Source: Patescibacteria group bacterium (GTDB lineage: Bacteria; Patescibacteriota; Doudnabacteria; UBA920). From it: 64,000 bases of DNA. The position numbers and the translations under genes were made by a program. The first letter of the stretch is position 1, and each line of letters starts with the position of its first letter. Under the pieces are notes generated by a model that saw only the letters and a program-made list of their open reading frames with translations, was not told the DNA's origin and did not search any database. Positions 28,448-37,045 of this stretch are shown one piece after another. The stretch is from positions 11,283-75,282 of the forward strand of contig WARV01000024.1 of the NCBI GenBank assembly GCA_013387205.1, in the 5' to 3' direction.

Positions 28448-28564
28448 TACGAATTATACTGACCAATCTACTAATGTAACGAATAAAGCGAATGACAACT
28501 AATGCGTACTAAGAGAGAATTAGTTGTCATTGGTTATTATTAGCATGAATTCGTTGATTGGTTA
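28448..28564. repeat. Repeat family C, copy 2
   Basis: GACCAATCTACTAATGTAACGAAT...ACTAATGCGTACTAAG...ATTCGTTGATTGGTTA. Confidence 0.8.
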
Positions 28565-28568
28565 ATCC

Positions 28569-29648
28569 TTATTTCCAGCTAACTTGGCTTGTTAACTCTT
28601 GGGGCACCAATTCAACCCAGGTCGTACCGCGGTTGAATTCTATCTCTTTCCCTGACGTATCATAATACCTGGTCCTGTCACCTCCCTGCTTTTTCCAGGT
28701 TCCTGCCATGGCTTTTCCGTCTAAAAACACAATCGCCTTGCCGCCACTTTTTAAATCCATGCCTAATGACAGCGGGGTATCTGTTTTAACGGGAAAAGTT
28801 TGGACAAATTGCACAACAATATTTTTTGTAAAAATCTGGTTTTTTGTATCCAAATCAACATGCGGCTTTCCGGCCAGCAATCGCTGGTAGTTATTATCCT
28901 TTTGGTTATAGATATAAGTTATCGCATACTCGGGAAAAGAAAAGTTTATATTAATATTTTTTGCGGGCAACTGCGCATACGTTAAAGCATCACCAGCTGC
29001 CTTATCATCTTTAAACTTCCAAGGATTAAATGAGGCGACATCGCTATATTTATGGAAATTCGCAAACGCCAGAAGCTTCTCCATTGAAGAATACATGTTA
29101 TGAGGCGCGAATCTGGTTTTTATGCGATGGAAAAAAGTGCCATCGTCCATAAATTCATCGCCGTTGGAAATTTTTTTATAAACCCCCAGTTTGATATTTT
29201 GCAGAACGTCGCTATTACCGCCAACATGGACATAAATAGCATTAAGCTCGTCCGCTAACTCTGCAAAATATGTTCTGGCAGACCTGATAGGCCCAATATT
29301 AACCGGGGACTTGGTTTGGTAAACAGCCATAAACCTTGTAATGCCGCCTTCGGCCAAAGTTTCGTAAACCAAATCCGCGTCAGTAAGGCCCGATTGCGGC
29401 CTGCTATCCGGATGGTTTTCCACCATCACTGCCACTGGTCGTTTTTTTGCCGTGGCTTCTTCAACGGGCAAACCGTTTATGCTAATAAATTTCTGTTCGA
29501 TTTTCCCCGTTTCAACCGCTTTCTGTTCCTGTTTCAAACCCAGAACCGGAGACTCGCCAGGTTTTTTGTCCGATTTTTTCCTGGCAAAAACAAATGTTAC
29601 GCTTAAAATTATTACCGCAGTGGCGATAATCAGATATTTTTTTCTCAT
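28569..29648 (-). CDS. DUF3048 domain protein (YerB-like), exported
   Basis: RPVAVMVENHPDSRPQSGL, AEGGITRF, IGPIRSAR, APHNMY. Confidence 0.9.
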   Translation of the reverse strand: MRKKYLIIATAVIILSVTFVFARKKSDKKPGESPVLGLKQEQKAVETGKIEQKFISINGLPVEEATAKKRPVAVMVENHPDSRPQSGLTDADLVYETLAEGGITRFMAVYQTKSPVNIGPIRSARTYFAELADELNAIYVHVGGNSDVLQNIKLGVYKKISNGDEFMDDGTFFHRIKTRFAPHNMYSSMEKLLAFANFHKYSDVASFNPWKFKDDKAAGDALTYAQLPAKNININFSFPEYAITYIYNQKDNNYQRLLAGKPHVDLDTKNQIFTKNIVVQFVQTFPVKTDTPLSLGMDLKSGGKAIVFLDGKAMAGTWKKQGGDRTRYYDTSGKEIEFNRGTTWVELVPQELTSQVSWK

Positions 29649-29915
29649 GAGAATTTCAATTCTTAATATAAAATTTTTACTAATTTTGCCATATTTGTAT
29701 TATAACAAAATTTTTCGTTTATTTTCCGAAATTGCCGTTTTTGTTTTTGTTCATGGGAAAAAATCTGCCATTATTTTGGTGTAACCATGAGGGTTTTTTA
29801 CCGTCAGATAAAACAACCAAAGGGTATGGAGTTCCCCCAGCTTCATACCCCGTGGTACTATACCGATTTTGATATCAACCATAAAAAACGCCCTTATGGG
29901 CGTTTTTTATTCTTT

Positions 29916-30419
29916 CTAATTTTTAAATTTTACTTTTAGCGCTTTTACCGCGCGGTTTATTTTTACCGAAACATTGTTGGCATTGGTATCTAATATCTTG
30001 GCTATTTCTTTTGGATCCAAATCATTAACATATCTCAATACCAAAATTTCTTTATAATCCGGAGGCAGGTCTTTCATGCCGTCAACCACTTCGTTAAACA
30101 AAACTTTTTTCTCTATGCTTTTATTGCCTTCGTATGACGGTTCAAAAGCGGGAGATTTCTCCATGAGGACTTCAAGGCTCTCTTCTTTCTTTTTGCGCGA
30201 TTCATCTATTATCAAATTATTGGCCACCCGGTACAGGAAAGCGCGCAAATTTTCCACTTTTTTGCCCTGCATCAAGTATTGCCAAACCCGCATGAAAGTT
30301 TCTTGGACTAATTCTTCCGCCCGGGTCTTGCTGTAAACCCTGAAAAAGCAATGCCTGTAAATGGCTTCCGAATAATTTTCGTAAGCGGAAAGAAATTGTT
30401 GTTGAATTTCGTCCGTCAT
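29916..30419 (-). CDS. ECF-type RNA polymerase sigma factor
   Basis: AEELVQETFMRVW, AFLYRVANNLIIDESRK, EIAKIL...VSVKINRA; GGAGG SD before ATG 30419. Confidence 0.9.
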   Translation of the reverse strand: MTDEIQQQFLSAYENYSEAIYRHCFFRVYSKTRAEELVQETFMRVWQYLMQGKKVENLRAFLYRVANNLIIDESRKKKEESLEVLMEKSPAFEPSYEGNKSIEKKVLFNEVVDGMKDLPPDYKEILVLRYVNDLDPKEIAKILDTNANNVSVKINRAVKALKVKFKN

Positions 30420-30829
30420 ATTCACCTCCAGAGCTTCTGTAAAAGCAGAAGCTTTATTGCTTAATCCCCCAGAGAAACAAAAAAAGTCTAATCTAATAAA
30501 TAAATTTTATTTCGTGATTAAACTTTTCAATTGGAATTAAAATATTTTGTCGGTTTATAGTTACATAAAATTGTTAATACCTCGTGGGCTTTTCCAGTAA
30601 ATCTTTTGCTATTATTTTTATCCTACAATAATTAAAAACCAATGTCTAGCCAAACTGTGGATAACTTTAGATAGATAAAAGTAAAAATATTTTATTGTTT
30701 TTTCCTATGGGAGATAAAAAAAATTCCCTGATTGAAGGAAATTCGGTTAAAACTATAATTAATTGATTGTTATAAATTAGTCTCAATGTTTAAAATAAAA
30801 ATACCACATACAACTTACTTAAACTATTA

Positions 30830-30887
30830 TGGTCGGGCTGCTGGGAACCCGCCTCTTCGGCGGGCCCGCCGAAGAGGCGGGTCGAAC
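30830..30887 (-). pseudogene. 3' remnant of a tRNA-Pro with a 34-bp palindrome inserted in the T-loop
   Basis: Minus strand GTTCGA[insert]TTCCCAGCAGCCCGACCA versus intact GTTCGATTCTCGGCATCCCGACCA. Confidence 0.7.
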
Positions 30888-30925
30888 AACCATTAATACT
30901 TATAAATAAACCATCTTTATAACGA

Positions 30926-31192
30926 CTATTTATGCATTCTAATATAGTTTTCCAGTTTATCATTCAACACTTCTCTCCCGTAGCCAGTTTTAAAAAATCT
31001 CTCTGATTTCATTGCATCAGCTTTCTCTAAATAAGCTTCGTAATATATTAATTTGAATGGTGCATGTTTCTTTGTATAACTACCGCCTCTCTTTCTGTTA
31101 TGCTCTGACAAAAATCTTCTTTTTAAATCATCAGTATAACCTTTATACAAAGCCCCATCTTTTAAACTTTCTAACACATAAAAATACCACAT
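30926..31192 (-). CDS. GIY-YIG nuclease family protein
   Basis: YFYVLESLKDGALYKGYTDDLKRR...HN...YTKKHAPFKLIYYEAY...AMKSERFFKTGYGR. Confidence 0.92.
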   Translation of the reverse strand: MWYFYVLESLKDGALYKGYTDDLKRRFLSEHNRKRGGSYTKKHAPFKLIYYEAYLEKADAMKSERFFKTGYGREVLNDKLENYIRMHK

Positions 31193-31216
31193 TTTTAATC
31201 CTTTTTAGGATTTCTT

Positions 31217-31290
31217 TGGTCGGGATGCCGAGAATCGAACTCGGACTACATGCACCCCATGCATGCGTACTACCACTATACTACATCCCG
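31217..31290 (-). tRNA. tRNA-Pro (anticodon GGG)
   Basis: CGGGATG/CATCCCG acceptor stem, CATGC-ATGGGGT-GCATG anticodon arm, GTTCGATT, CCA. Confidence 0.95.
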
Positions 31291-31330
31291 TTAATTACTG
31301 GTTAAATATAAATTGAAATTTGGTTTGATT

Positions 31331-31366
31331 GCGTATCTGCCTCATCGGCAGCTATACTACAACCCG
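31331..31366 (-). pseudogene. 5' remnant of a tRNA-Pro with a hairpin replacing the D-loop
   Basis: Minus strand CGGGTTGTAGTATAG[CTGCCGATGAGGCAGA]TACGC versus intact CGGGATGTAGTATAG-TGGTAG-TACGC. Confidence 0.6.
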
Positions 31367-31491
31367 AAAATGTGATAATTAACTAACTTATTATAGCAAA
31401 AGAAATATATTAAAAAAAGTGGCGCCCCGGAAATCCACTTGTTGCCTGGTAAGGCTGTTGGATTAAATCCGGGGCATAATGTAATGTTATT

Positions 31492-31668
31492 TCACCGCTT
31501 GAGATGTTCGGCGGGTATATAAACCAAGGGCGGTTGGCCTGGCAGACTCCCGCAACTTACACACCTGTTGTCTATTGGATTACACTCTTGATCAGAACCA
31601 CAGCAAGAGCAAAATCTTATCTTTACAGGACCGCTCAAAGCGGAACTCTTCAAAGATGTTTCCGACAT
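31492..31668 (-). CDS. Zn-ribbon microprotein, 58 aa (not in the ORF track)
   Basis: SD AGGAGGA; MSETSLKSSALSGPVKIRFCSCCGSDQECNPIDNRCVSCGSLPGQPPLVYIPAEHLKR. Confidence 0.7.
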   Translation of the reverse strand: MSETSLKSSALSGPVKIRFCSCCGSDQECNPIDNRCVSCGSLPGQPPLVYIPAEHLKR

Positions 31669-31684
31669 CGTTCCTCCTAAAATA

Positions 31685-31852
31685 TCACTTGCTACAGCAA
31701 GCAGCTACGCCTTGCAGATTTGGACGGCATATCTCATAGGGGGCGAGGCATGACTTGCATACATCTTCCCCTGATTTCGGGTCTTCCTTTACTTCTGTGA
31801 CCTTTCCGCAAAACCCGCAAAACCTCTTGTCGACCTGATTCTCTTTATTCAT
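31685..31852 (-). CDS. Zn-ribbon microprotein, 55 aa (not in the ORF track)
   Basis: SD AAGGGGG; MNKENQVDKRFCGFCGKVTEVKEDPKSGEDVCKSCLAPYEICRPNLQGVAACCSK. Confidence 0.7.
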   Translation of the reverse strand: MNKENQVDKRFCGFCGKVTEVKEDPKSGEDVCKSCLAPYEICRPNLQGVAACCSK

Positions 31853-32093
31853 CCTGAATCCCCCTTATTCTAACTGCAAAACTTGGTCTAAAATTTTAGG
31901 CAAAATTTTCCAGTAAGAAAGTGTTGCCAGGCTCAACACTTTATGAAAAATCTTTGGTAGAAAGATATCCACAAAGGTGTTGAGCCTGGATTGCGCGCGG
32001 GAGCCGGTTGGCTTTGCGCAAAATGGGTGGGTGGAATGCATGGCCAGTGTTACGGCTGATCAGCCGACAAAAGACGCTTCCCCGTCCACAAAA

Positions 32094-32396
32094 TCATTGC
32101 TCCGTGAGCTCCAAGTAATTCAAAATCTCCGAAAAAGTTGCCGGCGTGGCATTCCTGACGCAATTTGTCCGACAAGCCAGCGTTTCCTTACGGTCTGACG
32201 TCCTGATCAAAGCAAATGGTATTTTTGATCTAGTGACCTCATAACTGTTCGGGCAATGCGGACACTTCACATCAAGCTGATAAATTTTCTGATTTCTGTC
32301 CCTTTTCGCTTGGAACTCTGGTTTTCTGGGTACTTCTTGAATTAGAACTATCCGCACCTCGATCTCATCAAAATCAAGGTGCGCCAACGTGCTCAT
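32094..32396 (-). CDS. Hypothetical Zn-ribbon protein
   Basis: SD AAGGAGGA; CPHC...CRTNC. Confidence 0.7.
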   Translation of the reverse strand: MSTLAHLDFDEIEVRIVLIQEVPRKPEFQAKRDRNQKIYQLDVKCPHCPNSYEVTRSKIPFALIRTSDRKETLACRTNCVRNATPATFSEILNYLELTEQ

Positions 32397-32507
32397 GAGC
32401 TTAGTCCTCCTTAAATTCCAAACTCACTTCTGATGCAATCCAATTTAATCCCAAAGCTTTAGGACGAAATCGGATTGCGCCAGTTATTTTAAAGAGCTAA
32501 TCCTTTT

Positions 32508-32536
32508 AAAAAACCTGCCCTTTTTTGGGGCAGGTT
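32508..32536 (-). terminator. Intrinsic terminator
   Basis: Minus strand AACCTGCCC...GGGCAGGTT-TTTT. Confidence 0.7.
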
Positions 32537-32563
32537 GTAAGCTTCTTTTTCAAGTAAAGCTAC

Positions 32564-32656
32564 TTACCCTTTTGCCCCGCAAAACCCTACGTTAAGGACA
32601 GCCTTAGTAACAAAGGCTACGACGGAGGAATTAATTTGGCGGGCAAAGTTGCTCAT
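32564..32656 (-). CDS. Putative 30-aa peptide (possible leader peptide)
   Basis: MSNFARQINSSVVAFVTKAVLNVGFCGAKG between a consensus promoter and a terminator. Confidence 0.35.
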   Translation of the reverse strand: MSNFARQINSSVVAFVTKAVLNVGFCGAKG

Positions 32657-32688
32657 AAAAGGGTTCTTCAAAAAATACTGTTTAAAAT

Positions 32689-32717
32689 ATTATAAACAGC
32701 AATAAAAAATGTGTCAA
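32689..32717 (-). promoter_or_regulatory. Consensus sigma70 promoter TTGACA-17-TATAAT
   Basis: Plus strand ATTATA at 32689-32694 and TGTCAA at 32712-32717. Confidence 0.75.
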
Positions 32718-32735
32718 ATGATATTCATTCAACTA

Positions 32736-32774
32736 TCAAGGGGACACCTTGTACTGCACTAGGTGTCCCCTTGA
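32736..32774. repeat. GGACACCT/AGGTGTCC hairpin family
   Basis: TCAAGGGGACACCT...AGGTGTCCCCTTGA; related to 52749-52784. Confidence 0.75.
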
Positions 32775-32834
32775 AATACCCAATAAAATCAGGTATTTTA
32801 AATGGCTCAACCTAGGCTCAAGCCATTCATTTTT

Positions 32835-33857
32835 CTATACGGTTAGATAAGAGCCCCCTTGCTCTGATGATTCCTGTGCCATCTTGTGGATAAGCTCATC
32901 AAGTTCTTCATCACTAAAGAATTCTATGGTAATCCTACCTCCTCTACCCTGGCGCTGGATTTTCACCTGGGTTCCGAGCTTGCCGCGCAACTCAGTTTCC
33001 ATGGCCATAAGTTTTGGGTCAGGAGCGGCGGCATCCATCTGCCTCTTTAAGGTCAACTCCCTGACTTTGGCTTCCACCTGCCTGACGTTAAGGCCCTGGT
33101 CCAAAACCATTTTGTACATCAAAAGAATTTTTTCCGGATCTACCAACCCAAGCATTGCGCGGGCGTGGCCTTCGGTAATCTTTTCTTCAATCACCCCGCG
33201 CTGGATTTCCGCCGGCAAATTAAGCAAGCGAACCGTGTTTGCCACAGCAGGCCTGGACTTGCCGACTTTCTTTGCCACCTGCTCCTGGGTCATGTTAAAG
33301 GTTTTCATCAGCCTTTCATAAGCCTGGGCTTCCTCTATGGGATTCAACTCCTTGCGCTGGATGTTTTCAATTAACGCCACTTCCAATTTAGTCTGGTCAA
33401 CCATGGCTTCTTTTATGATAGCCGGAACTTTTTCCAATCCTGCCAACTGGCTGGCCCTGAACCTTCTTTCTCCCACGACCAATTCAAACCCAACCGGCGT
33501 CCTGGTAACCACCAAGGGCTGAATGACTCCATGCTCTTTTATGGATTCCGCCAACTCCTTTAAGGCATTTGGTTCAAAAATTTTCCTGGGCTGATAAGGA
33601 TTCGGAGCGATTTTGGCAACTTCAATTTCCTGAATTTGCGCGTCTTCATAGGAAACCCTGTCTGGATTTGCGGGTTTTTGCTGAAGCTCTGGTGCTACAG
33701 GCTGACTGTCTGCAGCCTGGTTTTCTGTTTGGCTGACGGTCGTCGTCTCAGGCACCTGCGTAATAGGCTGCTGCACTGCGACTACAGACTGCGACACTCC
33801 TATGTTGTCTAAAGATTGTATTGTTATGTTTGGCTGGCTGGCAATTTGGTCTTCCAT
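32835..33857 (-). CDS. parB: ParB/Spo0J partition protein with a Q/P/T-rich N-terminal extension
   Basis: NPYQPRK, GVIQPLVV, GERRFRA, ALIENIQRKELNPIEEA, HTH. Confidence 0.95.
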   Translation of the reverse strand: MEDQIASQPNITIQSLDNIGVSQSVVAVQQPITQVPETTTVSQTENQAADSQPVAPELQQKPANPDRVSYEDAQIQEIEVAKIAPNPYQPRKIFEPNALKELAESIKEHGVIQPLVVTRTPVGFELVVGERRFRASQLAGLEKVPAIIKEAMVDQTKLEVALIENIQRKELNPIEEAQAYERLMKTFNMTQEQVAKKVGKSRPAVANTVRLLNLPAEIQRGVIEEKITEGHARAMLGLVDPEKILLMYKMVLDQGLNVRQVEAKVRELTLKRQMDAAAPDPKLMAMETELRGKLGTQVKIQRQGRGGRITIEFFSDEELDELIHKMAQESSEQGGSYLTV

Positions 33858-33978
33858 GTCATTTGTTTCTTATGATTTTCTAAGGCTTTATTCTTGTAAA
33901 ATCTTAACAAATTTTACGGCTTTGGGCAACTTGAACCCGGGCTTTACGAAATTCCCAAACATTGCTAAAATATATAAG

Positions 33979-34137
33979 AATCTGTTAGAAAAATAATTTT
34001 TAGGCGATATTTTAGAATTTCGAGGCAGTCGGACATAACAAATTTCGATGTTTAGCCGTAGGCTAAGCGGAGGAATTTTTATGGCCGAATGGCCGAAATT
34101 ATAAAATTGCAGCCAAGAAGTATTTTTCTAACAGGTT
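33979..34137. mobile_element. 159-bp MITE-like element upstream of tRNA-Leu
   Basis: Terminal repeats AATCTGTTAGAAAAATA / TATTTTTCTAACAGGTT (16/17) and imperfect internal symmetry. Confidence 0.65.
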
Positions 34138-34152
34138 CATGAAGTTAATATT

Positions 34153-34237
34153 GGCCGAGTGGCGGAATTGGCAGACGCGCACGACTCAAAATCGTGTATC
34201 GAAAGGTGTGAGGGTTCGACTCCCTCCTCGGCCACCA
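34153..34237 (+). tRNA. tRNA-Leu (anticodon CAA)
   Basis: GGCCGAG/CTCGGCC acceptor stem, CACGA-CTCAAAA-TCGTG, long variable arm, CCA. Confidence 0.95.
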
Positions 34238-34423
34238 CGTACCAGTCGAAAACCTAACGGTTCGAGAATGGTGCATGCCGTGTACCGAAGTCACTTTAGT
34301 GACGAGTGGTTCACGGCTGTCCGTGTTCGCTCGGGTACATGGCACAGCCATGTACATGACAATGCGAGTGGTACATGAAAAAAGATTAGTTTAATTTCCC
34401 CTACTCCTAGAACTGGGAGTTTT

Positions 34424-35269
34424 TTATTTGCCTAAAATCTTATTTAACCAGAATTGAAGTTCCCCCCTATTCAACACTATAAGCACTATCAACACGGCTA
34501 ATATCAACCTATACCAAATAAACAGCGCGAACCCGTGTTTCGATAAGTAACGAATTAAATATTTAATGGCAATAAACCCGAAGACCGCAGCAGAAACAAA
34601 ACCAATTATCAACTCCTGGGTCGTAACTCCTTCGTGAAGGTGGTTGATATTTAAAATACCAGCCCCCAAAATAATCGGGATAGACATCAAAAAGGAAAAC
34701 CTGGCTGCATCAGCGCGCTTAAAACCCAAAGCCACCCCCGATGCGATTGTACTGCCGCTTCTTGATACTCCAGGGATTACAGCCAAAGCCTGGCTTAAGC
34801 CGACTAATAAAGAATCAAACCATGTGATGCGGTCTAAATTTTTTATCTTTTTCCCATAATAATCCGCCAACCAAAGCAGAAGAGCAAAACCGCTGATCGT
34901 AACAGCAATGAGCAGCGGATTCCTAAAAGCATTTTCTGCATCCTGTTCGAGCAGCTTGCCGATTATCGCTCCGGGAACGGAAGCGATAATTAAAAACCAG
35001 GCAAGTTTTTGGTAGATATTATTCTCGAAATCGCGGGTAGATTTAAACAGCGAATGCCAGAAGCCTTTAATCAGCAGCCAAATATCCTGCCAAAAATACG
35101 CAAGCACGGCTGCCAAGGTTCCAAGATGCAGGGCAACGTCAAAACCTAAGCCCGGATCGCTCCACCTGAAAAACCACGGTGCCAATATTAAATGCGCAGA
35201 TGAAGAAATCGGCAAAAACTCCCCCAAACCTTGAATAGCTCCTAACACTGCTGAATGCAATATAGTCAT
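34424..35269 (-). CDS. uppP: Undecaprenyl-diphosphate phosphatase
   Basis: QGLGEFLPISSSAH, PGVSRSGSTI, AARFSFLMSIP. Confidence 0.96.
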   Translation of the reverse strand: MTILHSAVLGAIQGLGEFLPISSSAHLILAPWFFRWSDPGLGFDVALHLGTLAAVLAYFWQDIWLLIKGFWHSLFKSTRDFENNIYQKLAWFLIIASVPGAIIGKLLEQDAENAFRNPLLIAVTISGFALLLWLADYYGKKIKNLDRITWFDSLLVGLSQALAVIPGVSRSGSTIASGVALGFKRADAARFSFLMSIPIILGAGILNINHLHEGVTTQELIIGFVSAAVFGFIAIKYLIRYLSKHGFALFIWYRLILAVLIVLIVLNRGELQFWLNKILGK

Positions 35270-35296
35270 ATAAGATATAGGATTTAAGATTTAAGA

Positions 35297-35650
35297 TTAA
35301 GATTTTTTTCCTGCGGAATTTTTCGTAGAAAACATTATTGCTGTAATTTCATCAGCTTCCTTTAATAATGGTTCAACTAAATTTATTTTCATCAATTTTG
35401 AATCAATTATCATTTCCAACCAAAAACAACTTTCATCTGATTCTTCAACCACTATTCCGATTTTCGCAACGAATTCCTGTTTTGATCTTGATCTGCAAGC
35501 AGCGCGATAATTAACCGCTACTGCAGTCCCAGATCTCAGTAATTGATTTCCTATTACCCTACCTGCATCATTTCTTGGTAAAGCTTGGGTTAACTTAATA
35601 ATCCTAAGAGCGAATTGTTTCGTCCTATTTTTTAGATCTTGTTTATCCAT
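35297..35650 (-). CDS. Four-helix-bundle protein (23S rRNA IVP-like) flanked by inverted heptamer tracts
   Basis: QLLRSGTAVAVNYRAACRSRSKQEFVAKIGIVVEESDESCFWL; flanks 35270-35297 (AAGATTT)n and 35651-35683 (AAATCNT)n. Confidence 0.9.
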   Translation of the reverse strand: MDKQDLKNRTKQFALRIIKLTQALPRNDAGRVIGNQLLRSGTAVAVNYRAACRSRSKQEFVAKIGIVVEESDESCFWLEMIIDSKLMKINLVEPLLKEADEITAIMFSTKNSAGKKS

Positions 35651-35685
35651 ATATCTTAAATCATATATGATAAATCCTAAATTAT

Positions 35686-36936
35686 TTATTCAATTCCCGG
35701 AACCGGAAAATTTAAGGAGAATTCTTTGACTTGCTGTTTTATTTCAGCGAGTTTGTTTTCGTCGTTACGGCTTGCCAAAGCTTGATCCATTAAATCCGCC
35801 ACGGTTTGCATTTCTGCTTCCAACATTGCCCTGGTGGTAATGGCCGGAGTACCCAGGCGTACGCCGGAAGGATCCAGCGGCTTTCTTGGGTCGTAAGGAA
35901 TCATGTTTTTGTTGATGGAAATACCTACGTGCTCCAAAGTTTTTTCCGCTTCCTTGCCAGTAATGCCTTTGCTGCCAAACATATCAACTAACATTAAATG
36001 ATTATCTGTGCCGCCAGAAATTATACGGTAGCCTTTTTCCTGCAGAGCTGTTGCCAAAGCTTTGGCATTTTTAATAATCTGCGCCGCATAATCCTGGAAC
36101 TCAGGCTTTAGCGCTTCTCCGTAAGCCACGGCTTTGGCCGCGTTAATGTGGTCATGCGGGCCGCCTTGCACTCCCGGAAAAACTGCCTTGTCTATTAAGG
36201 CAGCAAACTTTTCCTTGCACATAATCATAGCCCCGCGCGGCCCGCGCAAAGTTTTGTGCGTAGTCGTGGAAACCACATCAAAATAAGGTACCGGGTTTTC
36301 CAATTGTTTTCCGGCAATTAGTCCTGCAATATGGGCAATATCGGCAAAAGTAAAAGCACCAATCTTGTCCGCAATTTCCTTAAACCTTTTCCAATCCATA
36401 TTCCTGCTATATGCGGAAAAGCCTGCCAAAATCATTTTGGGTTTTTCCCGCAAGGCAATTTCCTCCACTTCATCCATATCAATAATTTCAGTTTCCTTTT
36501 TGGCAAAGTAAGGAATGATGGTGTATAGCTTGCCGCTGAAATTTAAAGGGTGGCCGTGCGACAAATGTCCGCCCTGGTCCAGAGAAAACCCCAAAACTTT
36601 ATCGCCGGGATTAAGCAGAGCCATATAAACCGCCAAATTAGCCGGACTGCCGGACAAAGGCTGTACGTTTACATGCTCTGCATCAAATAACTGCTTGGCC
36701 CGCTCTATAGCCAAGCCTTCTGCCTGGTCGATTATTTCATTGCCGCCATAATATCTTTTTCCCGGATACCCTTCGCTGTACTTATTGGCTAAGACGGATC
36801 CCATAGCCTCAAGCACAGCCTTGGAAACATAATTTTCAGAAGCAATTAGTTCAATTCCCTCTTTTTGTCTTTGCTCCTCGCGTTTGATAATTTCGTAAAG
36901 CGCGGGGTCTTGTTGTTGTATACCAGAATAATTCAT
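35686..36936 (-). CDS. glyA: Serine hydroxymethyltransferase (start corrected)
   Basis: LIASENY, NKYSEGYPGKRYYGG, TTTHKTLRGPRG. Confidence 0.97.
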   Translation of the reverse strand: MNYSGIQQQDPALYEIIKREEQRQKEGIELIASENYVSKAVLEAMGSVLANKYSEGYPGKRYYGGNEIIDQAEGLAIERAKQLFDAEHVNVQPLSGSPANLAVYMALLNPGDKVLGFSLDQGGHLSHGHPLNFSGKLYTIIPYFAKKETEIIDMDEVEEIALREKPKMILAGFSAYSRNMDWKRFKEIADKIGAFTFADIAHIAGLIAGKQLENPVPYFDVVSTTTHKTLRGPRGAMIMCKEKFAALIDKAVFPGVQGGPHDHINAAKAVAYGEALKPEFQDYAAQIIKNAKALATALQEKGYRIISGGTDNHLMLVDMFGSKGITGKEAEKTLEHVGISINKNMIPYDPRKPLDPSGVRLGTPAITTRAMLEAEMQTVADLMDQALASRNDENKLAEIKQQVKEFSLNFPVPGIE

Positions 36937-37045
36937 TGATTTAAAGAAATTAATAATCTGAAAAATTATACAATTGTACAAATTTTCAGTTTATCACAAA
37001 TTTAGTTCATGGTATTTAATTTGCAGCTTATTCTTTTGCATGTAT

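Noticed and set aside
30480-30830. AT-rich gap with a perfect DnaA box (30656-30664) as oriC
   Set aside because: Only one clear box, no dnaA or dnaN nearby and no change in gene strand bias.
31931-31985. GCTCAAC...GTTGAGC resembling an integron attC site
   Set aside because: Single occurrence, the stem extends beyond the putative R boxes, neighbouring hairpins lack the motif and there is no integrase. It is better explained as an ordinary hairpin.
35297-35650. Four-helix-bundle gene as the Avd of a diversity-generating retroelement
   Set aside because: No reverse transcriptase and no template/variable repeat pair with adenine-specific differences seen in the window.
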